From Vicugna vicugna (Eukaryota): 64,000 bases of DNA. Where the stretch lies: the NCBI GenBank assembly GCA_013265495.1, contig MU058221.1, forward strand, positions 5,254,066-5,318,065, written 5' to 3'. The notes under the pieces were generated by a model. It made no database searches. It was given only the letters and a program-made list of their open reading frames with translations, and was not told where the DNA came from. Shown in pieces: positions 25,654 through 38,599 of the stretch. Positions within the stretch are counted from its first letter, which is position 1. Each line of letters begins with the position of its first letter. Position numbers and translations under genes: made by a program.

Positions 25654-28336
25654 TAACATACTTTTTGGCCTCATTTTGCAGATGAAGAAACCATGGCATC
25701 GAAACTATGACACCTCCCTCGAGGTTTGATTTTCGTATCTTCATTCCTTACATTATAATATGCACCCGAGAGAGATGGTGAGGAGGGCTTCAGGGCTGAT
25801 GGGCCAGCCCTGGGGGACCAAAGTTAATCTTTGGGGAGTGGTTAAGGGGGAAAGCTGCCTCAGGTAGGTAGACAGCTTACCTCCAAGGAGGAGAAGCACA
25901 CTTAGTGGGGCAGGGTGTGGTATCCTGCAGATGCCCTTGGGCCCGGACTCAAGTCCTTCTTGGAGAAGATTAAGAAGCTGAAAGAAAATATGCTGTCTTT
26001 GATTGAGCACATACAGTGACCAAATTGTGGTCTCTAAGCATCTTTCCTCACTGAAAGGATCCAAGGCTCCTCGGAGAATTGGCTGTTTCCAGATCCAGAG
26101 CAGCAGTTATATAAGATAAGCCCAGAGAATCTTGTATCCAAAGGTAAGAAAGCTGTCAGACACCACCGGGGCTGTGTCAGAAGGACTCACATGCCAACCA
26201 GAAGGAGCTCCTGCAGGATAAAACGGGATCATTTGTGCATCAAAACCAAAACTGAACCAACAACCCTGCAATGAAGTGAAACACATCAAGTAGTTTTAAA
26301 AGCCACGAATTCCAAATAATAATTGAAAAAAGACACTTGGAAGATGCTCAGAGAAAAGCAACCAGTATTCTGAGAACTGATAAATAAAGGGAAAGAAGCT
26401 TTTAAAAAGCTGCCTGTGGCATCTCCCAATGATACAGCGAAGTTGAGGGTTAGTTGGAAGGCTTCCCATGTGCTCCGCAAACTCTCCCTCAGGCTTTTTC
26501 CAGGCCTGAATTTCCACCATTAGAGACTCATTTCTTTGACTTTAGACATGTCCTGAATCAGAGTCAAAGTGCCCTTGGGAAAGGTTTGCTAACTACTTTC
26601 CTCACAGATTGTGATAGAGGAAAAGTAGAGAATCCCTTGGGTTCTGGGTCTGGACAGGCAAGGGTACAGATAGAGAGAAGGGCTGGAGGGGAAGAACTTA
26701 GCACCGGCACGGAGGGCAGCGGAACCCCCTGGGCTGGCCTTCTGAAGTGCAGCTCCTTGACAGCCCAGTCAGCTGAAGTCTGATCCAGCAGGTGGAAAGA
26801 ATGGCAGAGACGTACATTTTGTTGCACGTCCCAGGTGATTTGAACACAGGTTGTCCTGCATTTTCTGGGAGACGCTGGTCCAGGATTCCTGAATCTCTCC
26901 TCTTGGCCTGTGTGACTTCCTGCTCTAGCAGCTCTGAACTGTCACCACTGGGCACTTACAGCCTCTGCAGACGTCACCAGGCCCCTCACCCTTGGACCTC
27001 TTCACTACTGCCAGGTCCCTTTAAGATGCCAGGCCCTTCCTGGTGTGGGGAAGCTGGTACCATGGAGAAGGGCCCCAGCCACAGGGGTCCCAGTGTGAGC
27101 CGCCTGCCCTCAGCCCCTCTCGTGGCTTCACAAGTGGTCCCAACATGCTCAAATTCTTGTGTGACAACCCACTCACTCGTGGCCCCAGATGATTGGCAAC
27201 CTTTCCCTGGGCTCTGCTGGGCCCAGGACCCTACCTCTCAGCCCGGGCCCTGAGGTGCCCTGGGCCCTGGGGTCCCTCTTGCCTCCCTAGTGTCCTCATG
27301 GGACACATCCCTGAACAGGAGGTTCTCTGCCACCTCGCTGATCAGCTCTGAGGCTCAGCCAGATTTGGAGCTAGTCTGAGCCCATCCTTCCCTAGCCAGG
27401 CTCCTCAGCCCATCTCTTCCCCAGGGACTGACTGCCCAGGTCAGGGCTGACCTTCCAAGTCCGGTCCCCACAGCCCCGGCCCTGACCAACGGGTCCTGGC
27501 TGAAAGCCCCTGTTCTGACACGGAGCCTTTGCCTGACCCGTGGGTTAGCTTGGGCTCCAGCCTTGGCCCTCCTCGGCTGGCCTGTCCCCCACCCCCTGAG
27601 CCTGGGTTATGACATCTTTCCGCCGAGCGGCTCTTATTTTGAGAAGACAAACACGGTGGCGCCCACAGGCATGTGCACACGCTAGCACATGCACACACGC
27701 ACCCCTCCCGGCCCCGACGCCTCACGCGCTGGCGTGAAAATCCGGCTGGCCGTGTTTATTTTTCTTCCTTTTAATTTCCTCTTTAGAACAAACACCAGTG
27801 CTGTAACACTGAGCACCCTCCCCTTTCAGATCCGCAGCTCCCCCCAGCCCCGCACTCGCCCTGGTCCTGGCCCTCCTGGTCCTCCCCTCGCAGCTGTGAC
27901 TGAGAACAGAGTCAGTCTTTTAGCAGGAGGCAGGGGCCTGAAGGGATTGATCTGAGCCTCAAAGCCAGCAGGGGAGGGGGGCTGGTGAGCGTGTGTCTCT
28001 GTTCCTTAGAAACTCTCTGCACATCCCTGAGCTCCTCTTTTTCCCTGTGCCTTGGAGCGAACGCCTCCTTGCCTCACCCCCCTCCCTTCCACATTTTATT
28101 TGAATTCATTTTTGGTCCCATGCATTTTGTTTTCTGTTTTCGACAAGGGAGCCTGAATCAGGGCCTCAGAAAAACAAGGCCGAGCTGCCAACTGGAAATG
28201 TTTGCTCTGGGGGCGAGTTCGGAGGCTGGCGTCAGGCGGGGCAAGATCTGTGCCAGTGGAATGTGATTTGGGGGGGAAGCTGCAGGTCACTCAATCGCTG
28301 GCAGCCCGCCCGGGAGCAACTGAATGCTTTCTGGGC

Positions 28337-28383
28337 TGTGTGTGTGTGTGTGTGTGTGTGCGTGCGCGTGTGTGTGTGTGTGT
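28337..28383 (+). repeat. (TG)n microsatellite with CG interruptions
   Basis: Alternating purine-pyrimidine tract tgtg...cgtgcgcgtg...tgt. Confidence 0.92.
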
Positions 28384-28770
28384 AGACTTTTTTCCCTTTT
28401 GCAAACAGAGCCCTGGAGACGTGGAGACAGAAGCATTAGGAAGAAACTAGACAAGGGTTGGAAAATCAGGGGAACTGGGAAGATTAGTGGGTGGGGGTGG
28501 GAAGAGGGTGCCAGGATCTGTGCGGCCACTGCATCCAACACCCTCTGTGTTCTCTGTCTGGAGTTGGGGGTCCTTGGGAGTAAGGGGAGATGCAGACCAC
28601 CCTGGGCCCCAGCGACTCATGGGCTCTTTGGAGAAACAGGACTCCCAGTACAGAACACAGTCAGGCCAGCCTGGACGTTTCCCAGAGCGGGCTGCATGAT
28701 CGGCTGACGGTGTTCAGGGAAGGCTTCCTAGAGGAGGTGTGGTAGGGTCTGGGCCCTGAAGCATGAAGTA

Positions 28771-29236
28771 CAGGTCTGCCTCTGCTTACAGTGGGGGAAT
28801 AAACCCCTAATAAACCCATCACCCATTGAAACTACTGTTTAGTGAAAATGCATTTAAGACAAGTAACTTACTGAACATCATAGCTGAGCCTAGCCTACCT
28901 AGACGGGCTCAGAACACGCACACTAGCCTACAGTTGGGCAATCGTCTAACACGAAGCCTATTTTATAATAAAATTTGACCAGCTCATGTAAGTTATGGAA
29001 TACGGGACTGAAAGAGAAAAACAGAAGGTCATCTGGGTCCAGAATGGTTGGGTGATGGTGTGATGGTGTGCTTGGGAGCTGCGGCTGCTGCTGCCAGCAT
29101 CTCAAGAGAGTATGTACCACGTGTAAAGGAAAAGAACAGAATTCAAAATTCCAGGTACAGGGTCTACTGAATGTGTATCACTTTCACACCATTGTAAAGT
29201 TGAAAGTCCCATCAAACCATTGGAAGTCGGGGACTG
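28771..29236 (+). mobile_element. TcMar-Tigger non-autonomous DNA transposon (Tigger5/MER47-like)
   Basis: TA|cag...ctg|TA termini, plus diagnostic internal aacatcatagctgagcctagcctacc...tagcctacagttgggcaa...aagcctattttataataaa. Confidence 0.75.
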
Positions 29237-31344
29237 TACGTGTGGCATTGAAAGGAAAGCGCGGATGTTTAGGATACTGTTAGTGGCTACCACGGGCCAA
29301 GCCCTGTGCTGAGCCCTTAATCCTCCCAACAGCCCACAAGGGTCTGTGATCTTTCTATCCAAGGATGCAAACAAGGAAACTGAGGCCCAGAGAGATTAGG
29401 GAACCTGACCAAGCTCCCAGCTTGTAAGTGTTAAGCCGTGTTCAGCTCAGAGCCTGACTTCTCTCCACCACCGAGGGTCCTTTTCCACTGAGCCAAGTTC
29501 CCTGGATTAAGGTACTGTTTTTGGTTTTTATTTTTATTTTTTTGTCCCTGGAAAGAGAATTGTTAAATTCAAGTTGGGGATCTAAGATGCCAACGTGGAC
29601 TTCCCAGAGGGAAGTGCAACAAGTGCTTGGAGATCAGAGGGAAACTTGCCTCGTCTCACCCATCCCCAGAGGTTGTAGGTGGTGGCTGGGCCCCTTGGCA
29701 GTTCCGCCAGAGTTCCTACTATGCCAGGCTTCTCCGACAGCCTGGCTCACTGTACCAACGACTTGTGTCCCCTCCCACACTCCTCAACAACCCCCTTCAC
29801 ATGCCAAGATCTTTCCCATCCCAAATGTTCACCGTGGGACTGCCCACTTCAGGGGCCCTTAGAGTTATCTGCTACTCCGAGTAGGGCATGCACTCCAGGT
29901 GGGCCAGACAGAATGGATTTATCCAGGGCAACCTGCAGGACCCAAGAAGTGAAGTCAGGGACCCCAGAGGTGCCAGTGCTTCCCAAGATGCCTAGCGAGT
30001 CTGTTCCCTGAGGAGTGGTCTGGACAGCCTTTGAGTTGTCACAGATGGAAGGAGAGAATCTAAGATGGCAGAACTGACGTGTAGATGTTGGGTGGGGGGC
30101 GTCCGGGCCTCTGCAGAAGGGTTCTGGGCCAGAGGAAACAGGATCCATTGCAAGGTCTCTCCTGGGCTTGGGAGAGGAGATGGAGATGAGCCAGGTTTGG
30201 CAGGGAGGAGAAGACGGGGGCGAGGGAGTGGAGTCATGGTCAAATGGCTAGACCGTTAGACCCAAGCTTGTTGGGGCAGAGGTCAGGTGGACAGTTGTCC
30301 ATCTGATTAGAATGACTCTGCTGTCATTTGGGGATTTTATTGTCCTGTGGCCAAGTTGTTGGTTAGTCTCACCTACCAATTCCTTCTGACCGTCTAAGCA
30401 CTAGTGTTAGGTAAACACTGGCGTGGGGGTCACCTGGGCCTGCCAGATCAGCTACATTGGTCGACCTGGTTTGTCAATTCCATGAGATGACTGCTTTTAC
30501 CAGTTATTTCCAGGAAACAGATAACTGACTGAATTAACCAAACCCAATAACCGTATTGGTTTTTCAAAGGCAATCTTTGGATCTGACATCTTTGGTCCTC
30601 GGAGACATTGAGGCCCCCTGCCATTTACCAACAACAGCCAGACCCCCCAAGAAGGCTGGGAAAGGCCCTGCAAACAATGGGCTTTGGGACTTAGTCTCCC
30701 CCATCAGTAAAATGGGAAGGCTGAACTAGACCCGGAGCGGCCAACACGTGGCCTGAATACTGCCCCTCTTCCCCTTTTGTCCGTGGCAGACATTGCCAAG
30801 CGATTACAGCACTCCTTCCCAGGGGACCCAGATGCAGCCTCAGAATCCTTTCAGTGCAGGGCTTCAGGCAGCCCCTACCAATCAATTAGATCTGGCAGGC
30901 AGGATAAAAGGCATCTGTCCTCTGGGCCCTAGGTGCTCTCCAAGCCTCCCTCCAGCTGTGCTGACCTAGGATTGCAACTTATTAGGTGCCTGAGGCCTCA
31001 GTCTGGAGACCACCAGGTCGACAGCTGTCCCCAGGGCTTCCCGAGTCTGAGGCGCTGCCCTGGGGCTGGGCCGTGGGGTAGCCGCTACCTTTCTCATTTT
31101 CCTCACTGCTAATAAATGTGCATTGCGTCAGCTCCGTCTGCCCCCTCACGTTCTCCGGCTGCCGCCATCTGCGGGGACTTTCTCAGAGAGCTGTAAAAAT
31201 AGGTTTTCAAGGATCCTGTACAGAAGAAGCAGCCAGGCCTTTTTTTTTTGTTTCCTTTCTTTTTGGAGGGATTGGGGAATATGGGTAGGGACTACTTCAC
31301 AATGAAGGAATGTGCTCCTTGGGGAATTTAAAATTGTTTGCCTT

Positions 31345-31401
31345 GAAAAAAAAAAGAAGAAGAAGAAGAAGAAGAAGAAGAAGAAGAAAAAGAAGAAGGA
31401 G
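31345..31401 (+). repeat. A-run followed by (GAA)11 microsatellite
   Basis: gaaaaaaaaaa(gaa)11aa...gaagaagg seen directly. Confidence 0.92.
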
Positions 31402-33049
31402 TTATCACACTCTGATTTCACATCTAGCCATGAGCACGCCTGTGAGGGCTGGTAACAGCTCCCAGGAGATCACTGGTTTAAGCCAGTTCTTGTTAGGCTG
31501 TTGACAACCAGGTCCTGATGAGCAAAGCACTAATGGGCTGCTGGCTCGCTCCCTGGCCGCCCCCTGGCTGATCCAGCTTCGGTGTTCGAGTGGGCTTGAT
31601 GGCCGTGACAGAGCTTTCCTTGCCTGCAACAGGGGTTAGGGCTGCAGGAGAGCTAACTTTCTTATGAGTGTAGGTTTCCCTTCCCCCACACTGTGCTCTG
31701 GGGCTTGAGGAGGCTTAAGACACATGCTGAGATGCTCGGATCCCGGGGCAGGTGAGCGCTATCACCTCCTCATTCTTCCCATTTTACAGGTGAAGAAACT
31801 GAGGCTTGCTGAGGGCAGGGGACAGGGGAGGCAGGTGCCCAAGGGAAGGGTCCTGGTCCTGGGGACAGAGTACATCTCTTGTCTCCGAGACCAGCAAATC
31901 AAAGCTGCAAGACAACTCCGAGAGCGTCCAGCCCAGAGCTTCTCCAACCTGGGTAATGTGTGCTCCTGTCTCAAAGGGTGACACGTTGTCACAGAGCCCG
32001 AGGACACAGTTATGCTCTTCTGCTTTATGCTTTCAATTCGTATACAATTATAAGCAGAAATTAATAAATTAACAAGAAAAATGGAAAAGGTGATAAAATT
32101 CATATTAAGAACATGAAATTAGCATGACGGATAATGTTATTTTGCTGAAACAGCCCGTAGGGCATTGGAGAGGAGCAGAGCAGATGCCATAGAAGACCCT
32201 GGGCCTTCTGCATCAGAGGCCATCTGGGGGACAGTGCGATGCCGGGAGAGGGAAGAGGACCAGAGAGGGCAGGGCCAAGTCAGAGGCTGGTCGGAGGAGG
32301 CAAACAGCCTGGACTCTTAGCTGCTTCGGGCAGCCCTCGTGTTCTTTTAGGGGGTGAGCTTGCCCGGCACAGCCTGGCTTGCAGTGTAGCTTCCTTGGGT
32401 GAATCTCCTTGAGGCTCAGACATCCCCTCACTTCCCGGTGACTTCCTGACAGTCAGGGCGGTGCCCTGTGACCATCCCCTCTCTCCTCTGCCGTCTTACC
32501 TGCTCATGGGAAGAACCCTCGCTAAGCTTTGTAAGGGAGCAGGTGCCTCTCCTGCCTGCCACTTCCTGTCTCTTTTGGGTGAGAACACGGACCTTAGACA
32601 TGAAGCATTAGTCGACCATAGAGGGTGTGACAAGGAAAAAGGGGTTGGCGGTTCCAATTGTAAGTGGGTGGTGAGGGGAGGCCTAAGTGAGGAGGTTTGA
32701 AGGAGGCAAGGGAGCCAGCCATGGCAGTTGTCAGGGAGGTGATCTGCCTGGCCAAATTCCACCATCCTTCCAGCCTGTTCCAGCCCCGTCCTGCAGCCTG
32801 GCTTCAGCTGTCAAATGAATGAATGAATGACTGTTGATTTGCACCCATCGTCCCCCACTTAATTTATTAGGCTGGGAGACCCAAAGCCAGAGAAGAGAGG
32901 GTGAATTCGACACAACTGCTGGTGCCCGGTGGTCAGAGCAGCTGTTCCTGGGACGTGATCAGCTCTGTCTCTGGACACACTGATTTCTTCTGTCAAAGCA
33001 GCTGGTTGAATATCTGAGTAAGACCTGGTCTGAACTGAGCAGTGGGCCT

Positions 33050-33520
33050 TCGTTCATCCAGTAAATATTTGAGTGTCTACTGTGTACCAGGATTGTTCTA
33101 GATGCTGGGACACAGCAGTGAACAAGGCATGCAAAAATTCCTGCCCCCATGGAGCTGACATTCTAGTGGTGGAGGAAAAATAAATGAAAACCCTATATAA
33201 TGTGTCTGGTGATGGTTAAGTGCTTGAAAAATTAAAGCCAGGAAGAGGTAGATACTGAAGGGGAAGGGTACAAACTTTATATGAGATGCCTAGGGACAGC
33301 CTTACTGAGAAGGTGACATCAAAACACCAGGAGAGGGTAAGGGTATGAGCCACCAGGCTACCTGGGGGGAGAGCATTCCAGGCCAAGGGAACAGCCAGTG
33401 CAAAGGCCCTGAGGCAGAAGGGAGCTTGCTGGGTAAGTTCAAGGAGTAGCAAGAAACCGAGTGGTGGGAGGATGGAAGGGATGAGGTCAGAGAGGAAATG
33501 GGGGACCAGATGTCAGCCTT
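33050..33520 (-). mobile_element. L2 LINE 3' fragment
   Basis: ttcatccagtaaatatttgagtgtctactgtgtaccagg...tgcccccatggagctgacattctagt...cattccaggccaagggaacagccagtgcaaaggccctgagg. Confidence 0.7.
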
Positions 33521-33534
33521 GGTTCCTGCGCTAA

Positions 33535-33990
33535 TGCTCCAGTTCTCTGTTACTACATAACCAACCACCCCAAAGTGCAGTGGCTTAACACAACAATTCA
33601 AGTCTCATTCCCTGTGGGTTGGTTCTGTGGGTTGGCTGGGCTCAGTTGGGCAGTTCTTGCTCATGTGGTTGCAGCCAGACAGAGGCTAGAGGCGTCTGGA
33701 GGATCCCCTGGGCTGGCTGTTCACGTGCCTTCCTCACTCACAGGTCTGGCACCACGGGGCTCTCTACGGCGCCTCTCGCTCCAGCAGAGCAACCTGGACT
33801 TCTCACACAGTGCCCCAGGGCTCCCACTGGCAGGAAGCTGAGGGAGATAGTCGCCTTAAAGCTCAGTGTCCCTTCTGCTCCCGCAGGCCCCTGTGAGCCA
33901 CGGCAGTCGCAGGCCAGCCCAGGTTCACGGGGCGGAGGAGCAGACGCCACCTGTCCAGACTCGCAGAGGGAGAGGATTGCTGGCAGCCTC
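33535..33990 (-). mobile_element. MaLR LTR (MLT1H-like), inserted in an L2
   Basis: cataaccaaccaccccaaagtgcagtggcttaacacaacaattc...ggctgggctcagttgggcagttct...aggccagcccaggttcacgggg. Confidence 0.55.
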
Positions 33991-35199
33991 TAACACACCG
34001 GAGCAAAATAGGAAGTCACCGGGAGGCTCTGAGCAGAGGAATGACATGATGCGTCCCGTGTTTCAAAGGCTGTCTGGCCAACTGTGTGGAAACCTGGCAC
34101 CAGCCTGTCTGTCACGCCAGGCTCTCCCTGGGGCTTGTAGGACACCTTCTCTCCTGACCCAACCCTTCCATTGCCTCCCCCACCACAGGCGTCAGGACTA
34201 GGTGGGCCCCTTGGGCTACGCCCTCTGCAGGGGAAGCTGCTCCACTGACCACAGAGCATGTGCTCCATCCGAGCTGAGCAGGTGGCACTGGCGCATCCCA
34301 GAGGGAGTCCCAGAGAGGGAGGGCTGAAAGTCTCCCTCCCTCCCTCCCTCCCGCTGCACCCTTATCCAGCCCCTGTCCCAGCCCCGAAGGCTTTCTTAGT
34401 TTTCCATAGTCGAGATGGTCACTTGGACAGAGGGAGGCAGAAGGAAGGCTGGAGAGTGAGTCTGGAAGAGCTCCCTGCCTGCATGTCTCGTTGCTCTGGA
34501 TCCAGCGTCCTGCTGGTTAATGGTGGCTGTGCGGACACTGACTGAAGGGTAGGGAGGGGCTTTGGGGGCCACCAGGCTGGCTGTGGGCTACTTTCTGCTC
34601 ACTCCCCTGGGTGTTCCTATCGGGGTGGGTATGAACACGACTCCACAAGGCCCTGATCACAGGCGTTCTGTTTCCTCCTGGCAGACTAACTGCCATTCTT
34701 TCTCCCTTTCTCGAATGGATGACACACCCACTTTGGAACAATCTGAACAGCCAGAATCAGGGACTCCAGAGACAGGAATGTAGAGTTCCGTGTAACAGGT
34801 ATCCAAGGATCCATCCCATTTGGCCAAGAAGACAGCAGTCACTGCAGAGACACCCCGTTCTCACCCATGGGTGGCGCATACGCACTCAGGAATTGCTGGG
34901 AAGTTTCTACCCAGCAATGCCAGGAGGGCACCAGTGTCTGGATAAGATCTGGGGTCCACATGCCTGAGGCCATCACACGTCCAGAGGCAGTGCCCTGCCA
35001 CCTGACCCTGACCCTGACCTGGAAGGAGCTGGAGCGGCCCTAGCTGGTCCAAGGGAGGCTGGTGGCTTCTATTGAGAAGAGAAAGCAAGAAGCTCACCAA
35101 GGCTGGTGGCACATGCAGGGACATCCAGGTTACCAGAGAAGCCAGGCCCACAGGTGGCCCAGTTACTTACCTCCCCAGTTGCTAGTCATTGACATCTCC

Positions 35200-35380
35200 G
35201 GAGGCAGCAAAGCACAACGGTTCAAAGCTTGAGTTTTTGGGTCAGTTGACCTGGGTTCAAATCTCACTTCTGTTACTTCCTGTCTGTTGGTAAGTTTTTT
35301 TTTTAAATCTAAGAGCCTCAGTTTCCTTATCTGTAGAATGGGTTTATTTCCCTTGGTCATTATAAGGACTTAGTGAAATA
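35200..35380 (+). mobile_element. MIR SINE
   Basis: gacctgggttcaaatctcacttctgttacttcc...gagcctcagtttccttatctgtagaatggg. Confidence 0.7.
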
Positions 35381-35779
35381 GAGCCTGATTTCACTCCCCG
35401 TGTGGTAGTGATCATTGCTGCCTGGCTTTCTAGCGTTTGTTCCCAGTGGCCTAAGCCTTTCTTGCTTTCACTTCCCTTTCTAGCTTTGTCCCTATTCCCT
35501 GGACCAGCCGTCCAGGGGATGTGGAACCTCCCAGTGGCACTATCAGGCTAGCCCAGAGTAACCTCAAAACATTTGATTCAGTGGGGGTATTTTTAATGTT
35601 GGGCGTAGGTTTTCATTCCAAGCAGGAAGTGAGACCACCTGGAGCCTCTAAAGCCTTTTTATCTCGGCAATTCTATGAATTCACAAAATCCACATCACTG
35701 TCATCACAGGACCACCACTCTTGGCTCTAAATCCTTGTGGGGAGAGGGCTATGTTGTGTGTAGTCCAGACAGTGTCCTA

Positions 35780-35917
35780 CCACCAGGGGGAGCCGGCAGG
35801 CTAGTCTCTTTCCACTTCTCCCAGAGGCTCAGGGAAGGGACCTGGGTGGCAGGTTTGCCCTTAGGCTGGGGGGCCATGGGCAGTTAGCCTGGTCTTTGAA
35901 GGTCTGCCACCTGGTGG
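35780..35917. promoter_or_regulatory. Pair of closely spaced convergent CTCF-like motifs
   Basis: CCACCAGGGGGAGC (+, 35780-35793) and CCACCAGGTGGCAG (-, 35904-35917). Confidence 0.45.
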
Positions 35918-37949
35918 ACTGGGATTTGCAAAAACGTGGACCCTTCACATCACTTGGGCCCTCCTGTTTGCCGCCTGTTCTGATACACGGCATTCAGTCT
36001 TAACGACTAAGGGGATAATGCACGGAAAACAAACTGCAGCTCAGAGAGGTGAAGGGGTTGCTCAAGGCCAAACAGCTGGTAAGCCTCCTAGGCTAGCTTG
36101 ATGCCAACCCCTAGGCCCTGCAGGAGAGGCAGCATGGTGAAGGGGAGGGAGCGTGTCCTGGGAGACAGGAGCTGGGTCTGAGTCCCACTCTACCTCCACC
36201 CAGCACAGCTGACCACTCCTGTCCACTCCTATTTCCTCCTTCCACCCCATGGGATCTCAGTGACCTTCTCCTCTGTTTGGGAGAGTTGGTGATGGGCTCA
36301 GGATCAGCATGAGCAGAGCCCTGGATACTCAACCAAAACACGTGATTTTCCTGGAGCACAGCCTGGCCTCTTCAGGGACAATTTTCAGTCCTGCCAGACT
36401 TCCACATGCCCCATCTAGCCATGGACACCCCAGGCTGCAAGTGCAGCCTGAGCCTGGGGGCAGATGCTGGGATGCAAGAAGCGAGGGCAGCTGCATTAAC
36501 CCAGGATGCTTAAGGCCACCGTTCACTCGGCTTTATGCACCATGCTCAGTGCTGCACATGCAGCCTCACTTAATCCTCATGCCAGCCCTATGAGACACAA
36601 TGTTATGATCTCCATTTTACGGAGGAGGAAACTGAGGTGCAGGGAGTACCACAGCAGCTCTGGAATGGGGAACTTGGCTTCAGTACCCAGATCTGCTGAC
36701 TGGCTAGATCAATGAGGAGTGGGCAAGCTGGGGTCTCAGCCCCTGCTTGGGATCTGGAGAATGTAGAGGGCATCAGTGTTTCAGCAAAGGTTTCCTGGGC
36801 ACTGACTCTTGGAGACAGGGAGGAAGGAAACTGTGGCTTTTCAGGAGCTCACAAACCCAGCGGTTCAGACAGGACCCAGTGGAGGACAAGTGGCAGCAAT
36901 AGTTGTGAGTGAGACCATCCAAAGGCCAGCAAGAGGGACGGGGGCTGTGATGATCAGCCAAAGAGCCAGTCATCAAAGGGTGAGAAGAGCGTGCTCTGCA
37001 GAGGGTCCTGGGCTGGTGGAAGAAACAGCAGGAAAGGGGGGGGGTCTTCTCTCTGGCGCACACCCTTGGTTTTCAGGAGAGAGAGAAGGTCTGGGAAGAT
37101 GCTGGGTGTCCAGGGAAGGGGGCCCCTCACTTTTATGATGCTGGGACCCATCTCGGTGGAAAACATGAGATTTTGCATTTATGGCCGTCGGAAAACTGCA
37201 TATTTCTGTGTATCTGTCCCTGTGTGAGTGTGAACGTGTGAGTGTGTCTTTGAAGCCTATGTCAAAGTCCTTTTACATCTGTGGTCTCTTTTACTTCCCC
37301 AGCTACCTTGAGAGTTTGGCTGGACAGAAACATCATTGTCAAGGACAGATTCAGAACCCCAGTGGGATGAGCTATCTTGCTTATGGTCATGGGGCTCGAT
37401 AGTTGAAAAGTCTAGCACAATCTATGCTCTTGCCCCTGAATCTTCTGCTTAGACTCCTATCCTACCTCCCAGGGGGCCCTGTATGTCACAGACCACCATG
37501 CCATCTGCCCTTTCTCACCCCCAGGGCATTCTCCCCAGAGGACAGAGGGGACTCCAGACTGAGAATATGCCCTGAATTTTCACAAGAAAACCCCCATCAG
37601 GTCTGGCGGGTCTGGGGGCGGGAGTGAAGGACTGAAACCAAAAAGATGAAGATCCCAGTGGCTACAGAGGCCAGGGCCCAAGGCCAGAGTCAAGGGTCCA
37701 TTTTCTCCTCCCAAACTGCTTTAAGCACCTACCATCGTCTTAAGGAGAAACTGTCACAAAAAAGGACCTGTGAAGAGTGAAGCCATGTGCTCATGTTCAG
37801 GGAAGCCACGGGGAGACAGGCGAGGGCAAGGGCCCGCTGGTTTGATCTTTTCTTTCCAGAATCTCCAGTGGGATGGCATTGAGGACAAAGGGTCTGGGGA
37901 GTCGACCTCTGTCCCCTGCCAATGACAACGAGTGCCTGCAACGCTCTCC

Positions 37950-38150
37950 CTCTGTACCAGGCTGCTCTGAACGCTTAGCATATATATGTTCAATTAGTCC
38001 TCACAACACAGAGGGAGGAAGGCACAATTATTACTTCCATTTTACAGATGAGGAAACGGAGGCACAGAAAGGTTCAGTGACTTGCCCAACATCACTGAGT
38101 GTGTAAGTGGCACAGCTGACATGTGAACCCAGAATATTTGCCTCCAGGCG
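37950..38150 (-). mobile_element. MIR SINE
   Basis: MIR core ccattttacagatgaggaaacggaggcacagaaaggttcagtgacttgcccaa...tgaacccag. Confidence 0.75.
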
Positions 38151-38599
38151 CTCTTCCGCCTCTATTATTAACAGTAGTAATAACCAAACTACCATTTGAC
38201 GAGAGCCTCCTACGTGCCTGGGGCTTGACTCCTCACAGCAACACTGTGACTTAGGCGTCGATGTTCTCCGAATTTCTCATTTCATAGATGAGTAAATCCA
38301 GGCTTAGCCGGCAGCCTGGGGTGAGGTGACTTCAGAGTCGCACAGAGGCGACTTCCACTCTGCTCGGCCTCTTTAACTCGTGCGCGACAGCTGGAAAACA
38401 CATTCCCTTTCAGGGCCTCAGTGTCCCTGTCGCTTGCCTTCTGCCCCTGGCCTCCCTGCCTCAGCAAGTGACAGAGAGGATGGGGCTGCGGGACGCGGGG
38501 AGTGAGGGTCTCAGGCAATCCCAGAGCCTTTCCCTTCCCTCATCGACCCCCCCAGGAGAAGTCGCAGTTCTGTTTCTTTCTCAGTTGAAAAGCTGGAGT

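Noticed and set aside
30240..30600. Compositionally distinct segment that may be an ancient DNA-transposon relic (similar impression at ~7290-7450 and ~12010-12130)
   Set aside because: I could not assign a family or termini by eye. A Dfam search is needed.
1..38500. Granulysin/NK-lysin or SFTPB exons, expected upstream by human synteny as I recall it
   Set aside because: No saposin-like Cys pattern in any ORF and no recognisable exon. They probably lie left of the window.
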